Source of the DNA: a candidate division WOR-3 bacterium
GTDB taxonomy: Bacteria > Hydrothermota > Hydrothermia > LBFQ01
DNA length: 44,522 bases
Direction of reading: 5' to 3'
Assembly (NCBI GenBank): GCA_027050205.1
Contig: JALUCS010000060.1
Location: forward strand, 1 to 44,522
The notes beneath the pieces are model-generated. The model made no database searches. It was given only the letters and a program-made list of their open reading frames with translations, and had not been told where the DNA came from. The position numbers were made by a program, and so were the translations under genes. How positions within the stretch are numbered: the first letter of the stretch is position 1; each line of letters starts with the position of its first letter. Of this stretch, positions 36,618-44,522 are shown piece by piece.

Positions 36618-36633
36618 ATTTTGACGTCAAAAT
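36618..36633. promoter_or_regulatory. Perfect 16-bp palindrome ATTTTGACGTCAAAAT, candidate operator
   Basis: Exact inverted repeat about 90 bp upstream of the FG-GAP gene start. Confidence 0.45.
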
Positions 36634-37541
36634 AATCCAGTTTCCTTACCTTACGTTGAACGACTTTAGGTCCGGTGGAAGTGAATCTCAACGCCTATTG
36701 AGGGAGCAAAGACCGAAGGCAGACTTCGGAGTCCCGTACTTCACTGAAAGTCGGACACTTCAAACCCGAACCCTCCAATTATACCCTATCGGAAGTCGGA
36801 ATACAGATTTTTATGCCGTTTTTCGGTGCAGTTACGACCAGATGCGATACCTTGGAAGATCTAACACGGGTATTCGGCGTATGGAGTGATGACCTCCGGG
36901 GAGCCGCCGGCATAAATTCCCGTAGCCATTACCGAAATACTGCGTCTCACATGGATGGGCCAAATCCGCATAAAGTCGGACTACGAGTTTTCCGATTTGA
37001 ATATACGTTCCACCGGCGGGAACTACCCCTTCCGTCAGGGCTTCCGCCGTACCCTATCTTGGGATGCCCTATCAAATCGGATGTTGCAATATCCGTATAT
37101 CATCAAAAAATTACACCGTTTTTGCGGGTTAAAGTTTGATATACCAAAATTCCTTCCAAAAGTTGATACCTACAATCATTTATTGCTCTGAAGGTACGAC
37201 GTCAAAACTCGCAGGGAGGATAACGGGATGTTTGGTAGATGGGACGATGCAGTCTCCGGAGATCCGGTAAAACGGAATTCCCCATATAGCGACTTCTACC
37301 AGTCGTACTTCGTACCTCCCGGAGGTGGGTTATATGCCGCCGCTCTACGGAAAGCACACTGTCGCACTTTTCAACGTATCTATGTAAAGGTGAGACACTT
37401 CTATGCTAATCTCTAACAGTGCCATCGGCTACACGTATTCGCCCGATGAGGCGACTCCGCTTTCATTGGGTCGTTGGAGCGAATTTCCTATACTCGGAAC
37501 CTTGGACCCGGATCGGTTTCCGAGGAGGTAGAGCGTAGGAT

Positions 37542-37665
37542 ATGCTCTTCAAAATCCGCAATTGAAGGGCGACTTACGATTTTTTGAAGTCCAACCCACA
37601 GTTTTTAAAGAGGTGTTGTGCAACCTCTGGCGATGGATGGAGCGTCATCCTATCGGCGTAATACC
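37542..37665 (-). repeat. Dispersed degenerate non-coding element, copy C
   Basis: Minus strand aligns to 30856-30899 and 30909-30925, with an extra hairpin-containing insert. Confidence 0.55.
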
Positions 37666-37992
37666 CTAACACGGTAGGTTAGAATTTTGTACAATTTTTG
37701 GGTTTGTAGGGATTCTGCGGAACATACGCGTTGGGTTCAAAGGAACTTACAAACCCTACCCAAATAGGCCTTAAGTTGTATTTTATGTATTCCTATGATG
37801 GGCGGCTCACCTTCGGGAAATCGAAACGATCTTTTGGGGGAACCTCGCCCCACCCGGAGGATACGATCCTCCCACCGAGTACCCGAACGGTCCGGGAGAA
37901 CGGGAGGTGCCAACCTCGGCAATAGGGACCCCGTATCCTCCTTCCTACTTCGCTGCCATCTCACCTGCCCTACGGAAGTAAAATGCTCCTCT

Positions 37993-39333
37993 ATGCGTTA
38001 TCCGGTTGAGCCTTTCCGAATCAAGGTCGTTGAGCCTATAAACCTACCGACGAGGGAGGAGAGGGAGCGGCTCCTGATAGAGGCGAAGTACAACATCTTC
38101 AAGGTCCCCTCGGAAAAGGTCTTTGTGGACTTCCTCACGGACTCCGGTACGGGCGCCCTCTCGCAGAGCCAGTGGGCTGCTATGATGGAGGCGGACGAGT
38201 CCTATGCGGGATCCCGCAGTTGGTTCCGGCTCAAGGGGGCGATAGAGACCTTCACGGGCTACGAGGACCCCATACCCGTCCATCAGGGACGGGCCGCCGA
38301 GAAGCTCCTCTCCGCCTTGTACCTCCACGAGGGGGCCATAGTGGTCTCCAACACCCTGTTTGACACGACGCGGGGGAACTTTACGGCCGTAGGGGCGAGG
38401 ATTTACGATATACCTACCCCGGAGGCCCAGGACATAGGGAGCGACTTCCCCTTCAAGGGCAACATAGACCTGAACCGCCTTGAGGACCTCCTGAAGGCCG
38501 GGGGCGTGAAGTTGGTGGTTATGGTCCTGACGAACAACACGGGTGGAGGTCAGCCCGTGGATCTGGACAACCTGAAGGAGGCCTACGCCCTCACCCAGAA
38601 GTACGGCGTACCCTTGATAATTGACGCCTGCCGCATATCCGAAAACTCCTACTTCGTCAAGAAACGCAACCCCAAGTACGCCAACTGGAGCGTCAGGGAC
38701 ATAGTCTTGGAGTCCTTCAAGTACAGCGACGGCGCCTTTATGAGCGGGAAGAAGGACGGCCTGTCTAACATGGGCGGTTTCCTCGTCCTCCGGGACCCCG
38801 AAAAGCGGCTTAGGGCGAAGGAGCTTCTGATACTCTGGGAGGGGTTCATACACTACGGGGGCCTTTCCGGTAGGGACATGGAGAGCTTCGCCGTCGGCCT
38901 GATGGAGTCCCTTGATGAGAGGTACCTTGAGTACCGGACGGGACAGGTGGCATACTTTACGGAGAGGGTGAAGGAGACCGGCTGGGACGTGATGTGGCCT
39001 CCGGGGGGACACGCCGTCTACGTTGAGGTCCGTAGGGCGCTACCTCACATACCGAGGGAGCAGTTCCCCGCCCACTCCCTGGTGGTGGAACTCTACCGCA
39101 GGGGGGGAATAAGGGCGGTGGAGATAGGGAGCCTTATGTTCAAGGACGCCGCCCGGTACGAGTTCGTGAGGTTTGCCATCCCCCGGAGGATGTACCTCCA
39201 GAGCCACCTGGACTACACGGTTGAGGTCTTGAGGGAGATCTACGGCGATAGGGAGAAGCTCCGGGGCTACCGCCTCACCTACGAGCCTCCCTACCTACGG
39301 CACTTCCTCGCCGAGCTGGAGCCGGTGGCTTAG
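37993..39333 (+). CDS. tnaA: Tryptophanase (PLP-dependent beta-eliminating lyase)
   Basis: EPFRIK, LTDSGT, MSGKKD (PLP Lys); TnaA-type residues FDTTR, VEIGS and LRHF rather than tyrosine phenol-lyase FTTTR/MERG/LRFF; start ATG 37993, behind TAAAAT 37979-37984. Confidence 0.9.
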   Translation: MRYPVEPFRIKVVEPINLPTREERERLLIEAKYNIFKVPSEKVFVDFLTDSGTGALSQSQWAAMMEADESYAGSRSWFRLKGAIETFTGYEDPIPVHQGRAAEKLLSALYLHEGAIVVSNTLFDTTRGNFTAVGARIYDIPTPEAQDIGSDFPFKGNIDLNRLEDLLKAGGVKLVVMVLTNNTGGGQPVDLDNLKEAYALTQKYGVPLIIDACRISENSYFVKKRNPKYANWSVRDIVLESFKYSDGAFMSGKKDGLSNMGGFLVLRDPEKRLRAKELLILWEGFIHYGGLSGRDMESFAVGLMESLDERYLEYRTGQVAYFTERVKETGWDVMWPPGGHAVYVEVRRALPHIPREQFPAHSLVVELYRRGGIRAVEIGSLMFKDAARYEFVRFAIPRRMYLQSHLDYTVEVLREIYGDREKLRGYRLTYEPPYLRHFLAELEPVA

Positions 39334-40032
39334 ATGCCGAAGAGTAAGAGGGTCCTCTTCTACGTCGCCCTCCTCCTGATAGCCGTCTTCTTCTGGAACA
39401 CTGGCGTATTCTACCCCATTCGGATGCTCGCCGTCTTCTTCCACGAACTTTGGCACCTATCCGTAGCCCTCCTGACGGGGGCAGAGGTCAGGGAGTTCGT
39501 CCTGGTGCCACAGGAGGGGGGACACGTCAAAACGGTGGGTGGGAACCTCCTCCTCACAGCCTTGGCCGGATACCTCGGCTCCCTTATAAGCGGCGTCTTA
39601 ATCTTGATAGTCTCGGACAGGACGGCTCTGGACAGGTGGGTGGCGGGCTTCCTTGGCCTCCTCATCGTCTTCGTAGGCTTCGCCTTTGGGGATACCCTCT
39701 TTACCGTCCTCTTTTGTCTGGCCGTAGGCTCCTCCCTCCTAGCTATGGCCCTCTTCCTCCCGGCCGAGATAAACGACCTCGTCCTCCGCTTCCTTGGACT
39801 CTCCGTTATGCTCTACGCCCCCTACGATGTGGTTATGGACGTCTTCCTGTCCAACGCCTACCTCGGGGACGCGGGTCTCCTAGCGGAGGAGGTGGGAGGC
39901 TCCCCCCGGACCTGGGGTCTCCTGTGGCTCTTAGTCTCCGTTATCGCCATCGCCGGCGTTATGGCCTACCTCTTTCGCAAACCGTTACCCGGAGAGGAGG
40001 AGGAAGCCAACACCGAAATAGGGCAACCGTAA
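39334..40032 (+). CDS. Peptidase M50B-like membrane metalloprotease
   Basis: HELWH, AGYLG, DA..LA; multiple TM helices. Confidence 0.85.
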   Translation: MPKSKRVLFYVALLLIAVFFWNTGVFYPIRMLAVFFHELWHLSVALLTGAEVREFVLVPQEGGHVKTVGGNLLLTALAGYLGSLISGVLILIVSDRTALDRWVAGFLGLLIVFVGFAFGDTLFTVLFCLAVGSSLLAMALFLPAEINDLVLRFLGLSVMLYAPYDVVMDVFLSNAYLGDAGLLAEEVGGSPRTWGLLWLLVSVIAIAGVMAYLFRKPLPGEEEEANTEIGQP

Positions 40033-40043
40033 ACTTTCTCCCG

Positions 40044-40108
40044 AAAGGGAATCGCCGGCATTACGCTTATAGGCGGCATCTAACCCCCAACACCGTTCGG
40101 TGGATCTG
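40044..40108 (+). repeat. Dispersed degenerate non-coding element, copy B
   Basis: atcgcCGGCATTACGCTtat.ggcggca matches copy A atcggtCGGCATTACGCTgatggggtggca. Confidence 0.5.
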
Positions 40109-40374
40109 TAGGTTATGGTCGGGCTTTTAATTCGTTAAACCCACATTTTAAGTTTTAAAAATACAGTTTTAGAATTTTGAAAATGACTCGCATTCAAAGG
40201 CAAGCATTACGATGTAGATTTACGTTCCTATCAACCCCATTGATACCGGGCCGGTCAATCCCTCTATTCTTTGAATACCCGAAGCCTTACCTCCTCGGAG
40301 TACGTAAGACTGAAACTGACCAACGGTCGGCGGGTATCCCGCAGACGGCAGGGAAATCCCGGTTGACCCTCGTC

Positions 40375-42111
40375 CTAACCCAAACGCTCAACCTTCCTGC
40401 GGAGGAGCCTTAGGAGTTCCTCAAGGCCGAGGACGTTTATGACGTCCCCCTTCTCCAACCACCCCCGGCGGGCGGTGCCGACGGCCAGTCTCATCTGCCA
40501 GAGCTGGCCTATCTGGTGGGTGTCCGTTCCGAGGGTTATCTTTACGCCGTTCTCCTTCGCCAGGCGGGCGTTGACGTCGTTGAGGTCCAGCCTCTCGTAG
40601 TACCCGTTTATCTCAAGGAAGGTACCCGTCTCCCTCGCTTTTTTGACCACCTCCTCCATATCCACCCTGTACCCTTCCCTCTTGCCTATGAGCCTCCCCG
40701 TGGGGTGGGCTACGGTATGGACGAAGGGGTTCTCCATCGCCTTAACTATCCTCTCCGTTACGTCCTCGTCCTTCCTCCACGTATGGACAGCAGCTATCAC
40801 GAAGTCCAACTCCGCCAAGACCTCGTCCGGGTAGTCAAGGGAGCCGTCGGGCAGTATATCCACCTCCGCCCCCTTCAGGAGCCTGATCCCCTTGAGGGAG
40901 GCGTTTATGCGGTCTATCTCCCTGTTCTTGGCTCTAAGGGTGTCTATATCTAAGCCACCGGCGTACTTCGCGCTCTGTGAGTGGTCGCATACGGCCACGT
41001 ACTCGTACCCCATCTTCAGGGCGGCGAGGGCTATCTCCTCAAGCGTGGCCGTGCCATCGGAGTAGCGGCTGTGGACGTGGAGGTCCCCTTTTATGTCGCC
41101 GTAATCAACCAGATCAGGCAACCGGCCCTCCATCGCCGCCTCTATCTCCCCCCTGTCCTCCCGTAGCTCCGGAGGTATCCAGAGCATACCGACGGCCGCA
41201 TAGACCTCCTCCTCCGTTTCGCCCGCCACCTTCTCGTTTCCTTTGAAGACCCCGTACTCGGATATCTTAAGCCCTTTCGCCCTCGCTATGGTGCGCAGGT
41301 GGATGTTGTGTTGTTTGCTCCCCGTGAAGTACTGGAGGGCAGCCCCGTAGGACTCCGGGGGTATGACCCGCAGGTCCACCTGGTACTTTCCGAATACGGC
41401 CGACCCCTTGGTGTCCCCGGCGGCGAGGACCTGGACGACCTCCGGCAATTTTACGAACTCCTCTATTATCTTACGGCCATCCTTGGGGTCGGCACAGGCG
41501 AGGATGTCAATGTCTCCTACGGTCTCCTTCATCCTGCGGAAAGACCCGGCCGGATGTATCTCAAGCACCTCCGGTATCTTCCCAAGTTCCCCCACTATGT
41601 TCTGGACGATGGGATAGGCGAGGCCCAGGGGGATCCGCCCGGCCATCCTCTCGTAGAGCTGTAATGCCCGCTTTATGTTGGCGACCTTCTTCGGGCCAAA
41701 GCCGGGGAGTCTGGCCAGGGAGCCGTCCTCCAACACCCTGCGGAAGTCTTCCTTGGTACGTACCCCAAGCTTCTCGTAGGCCACCTTGAGTGTCCTTGGG
41801 CCTATGCCGGGGACGGACAGGAGGTCAATTAGGTCCTTCGGCACCTGTGCCATCACCTCCTCGTACTTCCTCATTCTGCCCGTCTCAAGGTACTCGGCTA
41901 TCTTCTTCGCTATCCTCTCCCCCACACCGGGAAGGTCCATAAGGCCGTCTATACCCCTCCTACGGTAAAGCTCCTCTATGTCTTCGGGGTAGTTCTCTAT
42001 CACACGGGCGGCCTTCCTGTAGGCCCTGACCTTGTAGGGGATCTCACCGAGGAACTCAAGGGCATCCGCCAGACGGTCCAGAAGCTCCGCAATCTCCTCG
42101 TTCTTCCTCAT
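40375..42111 (-). CDS. polX: DNA polymerase X family / PHP 3'-5' exonuclease
   Basis: HhH motifs, AGSFRR.KETVGDIDIL, VDLR, YFTGSK.HN, PHP motifs DLHVHS, AHPTGR, GTDTH; start MRKNEEIA at 42111, behind TAGAAT 42117-42122. Confidence 0.95.
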   Translation of the reverse strand: MRKNEEIAELLDRLADALEFLGEIPYKVRAYRKAARVIENYPEDIEELYRRRGIDGLMDLPGVGERIAKKIAEYLETGRMRKYEEVMAQVPKDLIDLLSVPGIGPRTLKVAYEKLGVRTKEDFRRVLEDGSLARLPGFGPKKVANIKRALQLYERMAGRIPLGLAYPIVQNIVGELGKIPEVLEIHPAGSFRRMKETVGDIDILACADPKDGRKIIEEFVKLPEVVQVLAAGDTKGSAVFGKYQVDLRVIPPESYGAALQYFTGSKQHNIHLRTIARAKGLKISEYGVFKGNEKVAGETEEEVYAAVGMLWIPPELREDRGEIEAAMEGRLPDLVDYGDIKGDLHVHSRYSDGTATLEEIALAALKMGYEYVAVCDHSQSAKYAGGLDIDTLRAKNREIDRINASLKGIRLLKGAEVDILPDGSLDYPDEVLAELDFVIAAVHTWRKDEDVTERIVKAMENPFVHTVAHPTGRLIGKREGYRVDMEEVVKKARETGTFLEINGYYERLDLNDVNARLAKENGVKITLGTDTHQIGQLWQMRLAVGTARRGWLEKGDVINVLGLEELLRLLRRKVERLG

Positions 42112-42138
42112 AACGAATTCTAACCCCGCAACGGGTAC

Positions 42139-42165
42139 AAAAAAGGGGGCCACCTTCGGCCCCCT
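42139..42165 (-). terminator. Rho-independent terminator of the 43173-42187 gene
   Basis: Stem AGGGGGCC/GGCCCCCT, 6-nt loop, followed by a T-tract on the minus strand. Confidence 0.85.
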
Positions 42166-42186
42166 ATCCGTACATAAAGTCGCTTC

Positions 42187-43173
42187 CTACCGTACGTACG
42201 GCTTTATCAAGGCCCTGTCCTTGGTCCGGAAGACGACGAAGTACACCCCCTTCCTGTAGGGCAGGCTGTAGGTGTTCCTGCCGCTGCCGTAGAACCTCTT
42301 GATGAGGCGGCCCGCCGAGGAGTATATGCTCAAGGTGTAATCCTCCGGATAGGCTACCTCAACTACGTCCCTCCGGATCACGATGGGGGAGTACCCCGTG
42401 CTGGGCTTCTCGGCCACATTTACGGTTAGGGTCTTGTGGTAGATGTCGTATAGCATCGTATCAAGCACCGGAGAACCGAAAGAGTAGTATATGGCCTCCA
42501 CCGAATCGGTGTGGGTTCCTACCTTGCCGAAACCTATCTGGAAGACGTGGCGGTCAAACTCGTTAAAGGTAATGGAGTCTATCATATAGCTGGTCAGAGC
42601 AGAGGCCCACAGCCTGATCTGGAGAGGGAATATGACGGTTGCCAGCTCGGAGGAGGTGATGTTGGCAACCACGGCAGAAGAGGAGATGACCCAAGCGGTG
42701 TCAACCGTGGAGTCGCCGTCTATATCGCCGACGGGGAAACGGGTGTTGAGGGGTGTCAGGCACGTGTCCCAGGCCTCCCAGGTGTCCCCGCTGTCGGGGT
42801 TGTACTTCGCCACCATTACGCCCCTCTCGCTGTAGAGGGTGCCGTCAAAGTAGGTGAAGGAGGTATCGTCTATGGCGGCGGAGTCGGTCGTACCTATGCT
42901 GACCCAGAAAGCCACCTCCGTACCGGGCTTGGAGCAACTCCCTACGCTGTCCGTCGTGATGATCCCTATGACGCTATCGGATACGTGGCCGTTCCCGTAG
43001 GCCGACCCGCTGATGTCGTACTCCCAGTGGGCGCCGTCTACGTACCCCAACCACGAGAGGGAGAAGGGACTGTAATCGGAGGATCTCTTGAAGGTCACCC
43101 TCCTCACGAGGGCCTCCTTAACCTTCAAAGGGAGGTAAGGGTCTACCGGTATGCTCGCAACTACCCAAATCAT
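42187..43173 (-). CDS. Secreted acidic Ser/Thr/Asp-rich protein with T9SS-like CTD
   Basis: GDIDGDSTVD loop; NVAE linker; C-terminus IYSSAGRLI..GVYFVV..K.YVR; TATAAT at 43182-43187. Confidence 0.8.
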   Translation of the reverse strand: MIWVVASIPVDPYLPLKVKEALVRRVTFKRSSDYSPFSLSWLGYVDGAHWEYDISGSAYGNGHVSDSVIGIITTDSVGSCSKPGTEVAFWVSIGTTDSAAIDDTSFTYFDGTLYSERGVMVAKYNPDSGDTWEAWDTCLTPLNTRFPVGDIDGDSTVDTAWVISSSAVVANITSSELATVIFPLQIRLWASALTSYMIDSITFNEFDRHVFQIGFGKVGTHTDSVEAIYYSFGSPVLDTMLYDIYHKTLTVNVAEKPSTGYSPIVIRRDVVEVAYPEDYTLSIYSSAGRLIKRFYGSGRNTYSLPYRKGVYFVVFRTKDRALIKPYVR

Positions 43174-43213
43174 AACGCTATATTATAGGGACGTTCGGCG
43201 AGGGCGTGTCCCT

Positions 43214-43927
43214 CTATTGCCCGTCCGGTACCAGATAAGGCACCCCATCCGGAGCCAACCTGACCCTTCCAACGACCACCACCACCTCCCGCCCTGGGCG
43301 ATATACGGGATGGGCCTCCGGGGAGAGGAACCTGCCGGCTACGATCCTGCCAGTCCCATAGATACAGCCCGTGGGGTCGTAGAGGGTCGTGGCTGATCTG
43401 CTCAAGTCGCTGGGCAGGGGAGTCCCCCTCCCAACCGGGCAACCCCACCCACCGGGGGAGACGACCAATAGGACCCTCTTTCCGGCGTAGGCCTTAGGTG
43501 AGTCAAGGATGTCCCCGACCCTGACCCTTACGATAGGCTCCCCAGAATACTCCAGTCGCACGCTCAAAGTCTCACCTACCAGTCTGGCCATCCCCTCCGG
43601 GACGACCTTGAGCCTTACGGTGGTATCCGGGGGCCGCCCTTCCAACTCCCTCTGGCTCTTCCCGCGGGAGACGTACCATCTCCCACCCTCGTACCCGACC
43701 ACAACTTCGCCGTCCCCCACGAGGGCGGAGGTCCCCCCTACGGACACCCTCGCCTTCCCCTTCAGGTTGAAGAGGATATACAGAGACTTGAGGGTATCCC
43801 CCTCCGAGAGGGGGAGGTGGAGGGTGTATGTGGCCCCATCGTCAGGTAAGACTATCTCCCTGGCCATGTACTCCCCGGCAGGAGAGCCGTCGTAGGCTCC
43901 GAGGGGGATCGGAAACATAAGGAGCAT
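43214..43927 (-). CDS. Hypothetical protein with possible C-terminal OB-fold-like domain
   Basis: Start MLLMFP at 43927, behind TAGAAT 43935-43940 (the longer ORF overlaps the mutase antisense); V.DIL..P..Y.GK.V..GW..LYD.TGCIY pattern. Confidence 0.6.
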   Translation of the reverse strand: MLLMFPIPLGAYDGSPAGEYMAREIVLPDDGATYTLHLPLSEGDTLKSLYILFNLKGKARVSVGGTSALVGDGEVVVGYEGGRWYVSRGKSQRELEGRPPDTTVRLKVVPEGMARLVGETLSVRLEYSGEPIVRVRVGDILDSPKAYAGKRVLLVVSPGGWGCPVGRGTPLPSDLSRSATTLYDPTGCIYGTGRIVAGRFLSPEAHPVYRPGREVVVVVGRVRLAPDGVPYLVPDGQ

Positions 43928-43996
43928 AACCCCGATTCTACGGTGGGTTCGCCACCGTCCCACCGCCAACTTTAAAATCCCAAACCTACGGGGATT

Positions 43997-44522
43997 ATGA
44001 AGAAGAAGTACATCACCTCCTCCGGCATAGAGATAAAGGAGCTTTACACGGACGAGGACCTGAAGGACTTTAACCCAAAGGAGAAGCTCGGCCTTCCGGG
44101 GCAACCCCCCTTCACCCGCGGCGTATATCCCAACATGTACAGGGGCCGCCTCTGGACGATGAGGCAGTACGCCGGCTTCGGCACGGCCCGTCAGACCAAC
44201 GAGCGCTTCAGGTACCTCCTGTCGCAGGGGCAGACCGGCCTCTCCCTGGCCTTTGACCTGCCAACGCAACTGGGGTACGACGCCGACCATCCCATGGCCG
44301 AGGGGGAGGTGGGGAAGGTGGGGGTCTCCGTCTCCACGATTGAGGACATTAGGGAGGTCTTTGAGGGGATAGATCAGGGGAAGGTCTCCACCTCAATGAC
44401 CATAAACGCCACGGCGGCCATACTCCTGGCCTTCTACACCCTCGTGGCCGAGGAGAAGGGGGCGGACCGTAGGATATTGAGGGGGACGCTCCAGAACGAT
44501 ATGCTCAAGGAGTTCGCCGCCC
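43997..44522 (+). CDS. Methylmalonyl-CoA mutase large (substrate-binding) subunit, 3'-truncated by the window end
   Basis: Manual translation [72 protein letters not shown]; the Tyr in RQYAGF fits methylmalonyl-CoA specificity. Confidence 0.93.
   Translation, partial: MKKKYITSSGIEIKELYTDEDLKDFNPKEKLGLPGQPPFTRGVYPNMYRGRLWTMRQYAGFGTARQTNERFRYLLSQGQTGLSLAFDLPTQLGYDADHPMAEGEVGKVGVSVSTIEDIREVFEGIDQGKVSTSMTINATAAILLAFYTLVAEEKGADRRILRGTLQNDMLKEFAA

Noticed and set aside
36656..37416. Small ORFs in the AT-rich spacer
   Set aside because: Atypical codon usage, no motifs, mutually overlapping; no transposase or toxin signatures
37836..37921. c-di-AMP (ydaO) or SAM riboswitch upstream of tnaA
   Set aside because: Fragments GGGGGAACC, CCCGAA, GCCAACCTCG and GGTGCCAA occur, but core motifs (GCTGAATCC, GGGTGAAT, CCGTCAGCTAAC) are missing or out of order
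37731..37925. TnaC-like leader peptide
   Set aside because: The ORF has no Trp and no W-x3-D...P-stop pattern; tnaA has its own adjacent -10 box
37795..37992. N-terminal extensions in the ORF track (also 5266, 14233, 27125, 28277, 28522, 36588, 42153, 44290)
   Set aside because: The extensions lack family similarity, overlap other genes or cross the gene's -10 box; downstream ATGs fit better
37993..39333. Tyrosine phenol-lyase assignment
   Set aside because: Despite MSGKKD and a TPL-like N-terminus, the specificity positions (FDTT, VEIG, LRHF) are tryptophanase-type
39331..39336. In-frame TAG-ATG junctions (tnaA/M50B and mat/accD at 4161-4166) as stop read-through fusions
   Set aside because: Each partner is a complete, unrelated protein; translational coupling is the simpler explanation and there is no recoding signal

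Overview
Gene-dense chromosomal segment from a GC-rich, probably thermophilic diderm bacterium (strong G/C third-codon bias, frequent AGG/ATA codons). Five proteins with T9SS-like C-terminal sorting domains, a DUF4837-like lipoprotein, LolA and SurA suggest an FCB-related lineage such as WOR-3/Hydrothermia; this is an inference. There are about 40 CDS, mostly housekeeping genes detached from their usual operons: rluB-like, accD, archaeal-type SAM synthetase, gatA, surA, lolA, ADP-forming acyl-CoA synthetase, ftsK, ccmC, rplY, pth, a sigma70-family factor, divIVA, rplU, two STAS proteins, hsp20, lspA, purF, purE, tnaA, polX and a partial methylmalonyl-CoA mutase. I found no rRNA, tRNA, CRISPR array or transposase. 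The most striking signals span the whole window. (1) About 25 genes have a TAnAAT -10 box only 5-12 nt before the start codon and usually no Shine-Dalgarno, suggesting pervasive leaderless expression, including TTG starts. (2) Many exported proteins, including SurA and LolA, begin with ultra-short (about 6-9 aa), uncharged hydrophobic N-termini instead of canonical signal peptides. (3) Three CTD cargo proteins share a CG...DL(S/D)xxE linker. (4) A degenerate, apparently structured non-coding element occurs in three AT-rich intergenic regions. (5) TCGA is almost completely avoided. All alignments and counts were made by eye.
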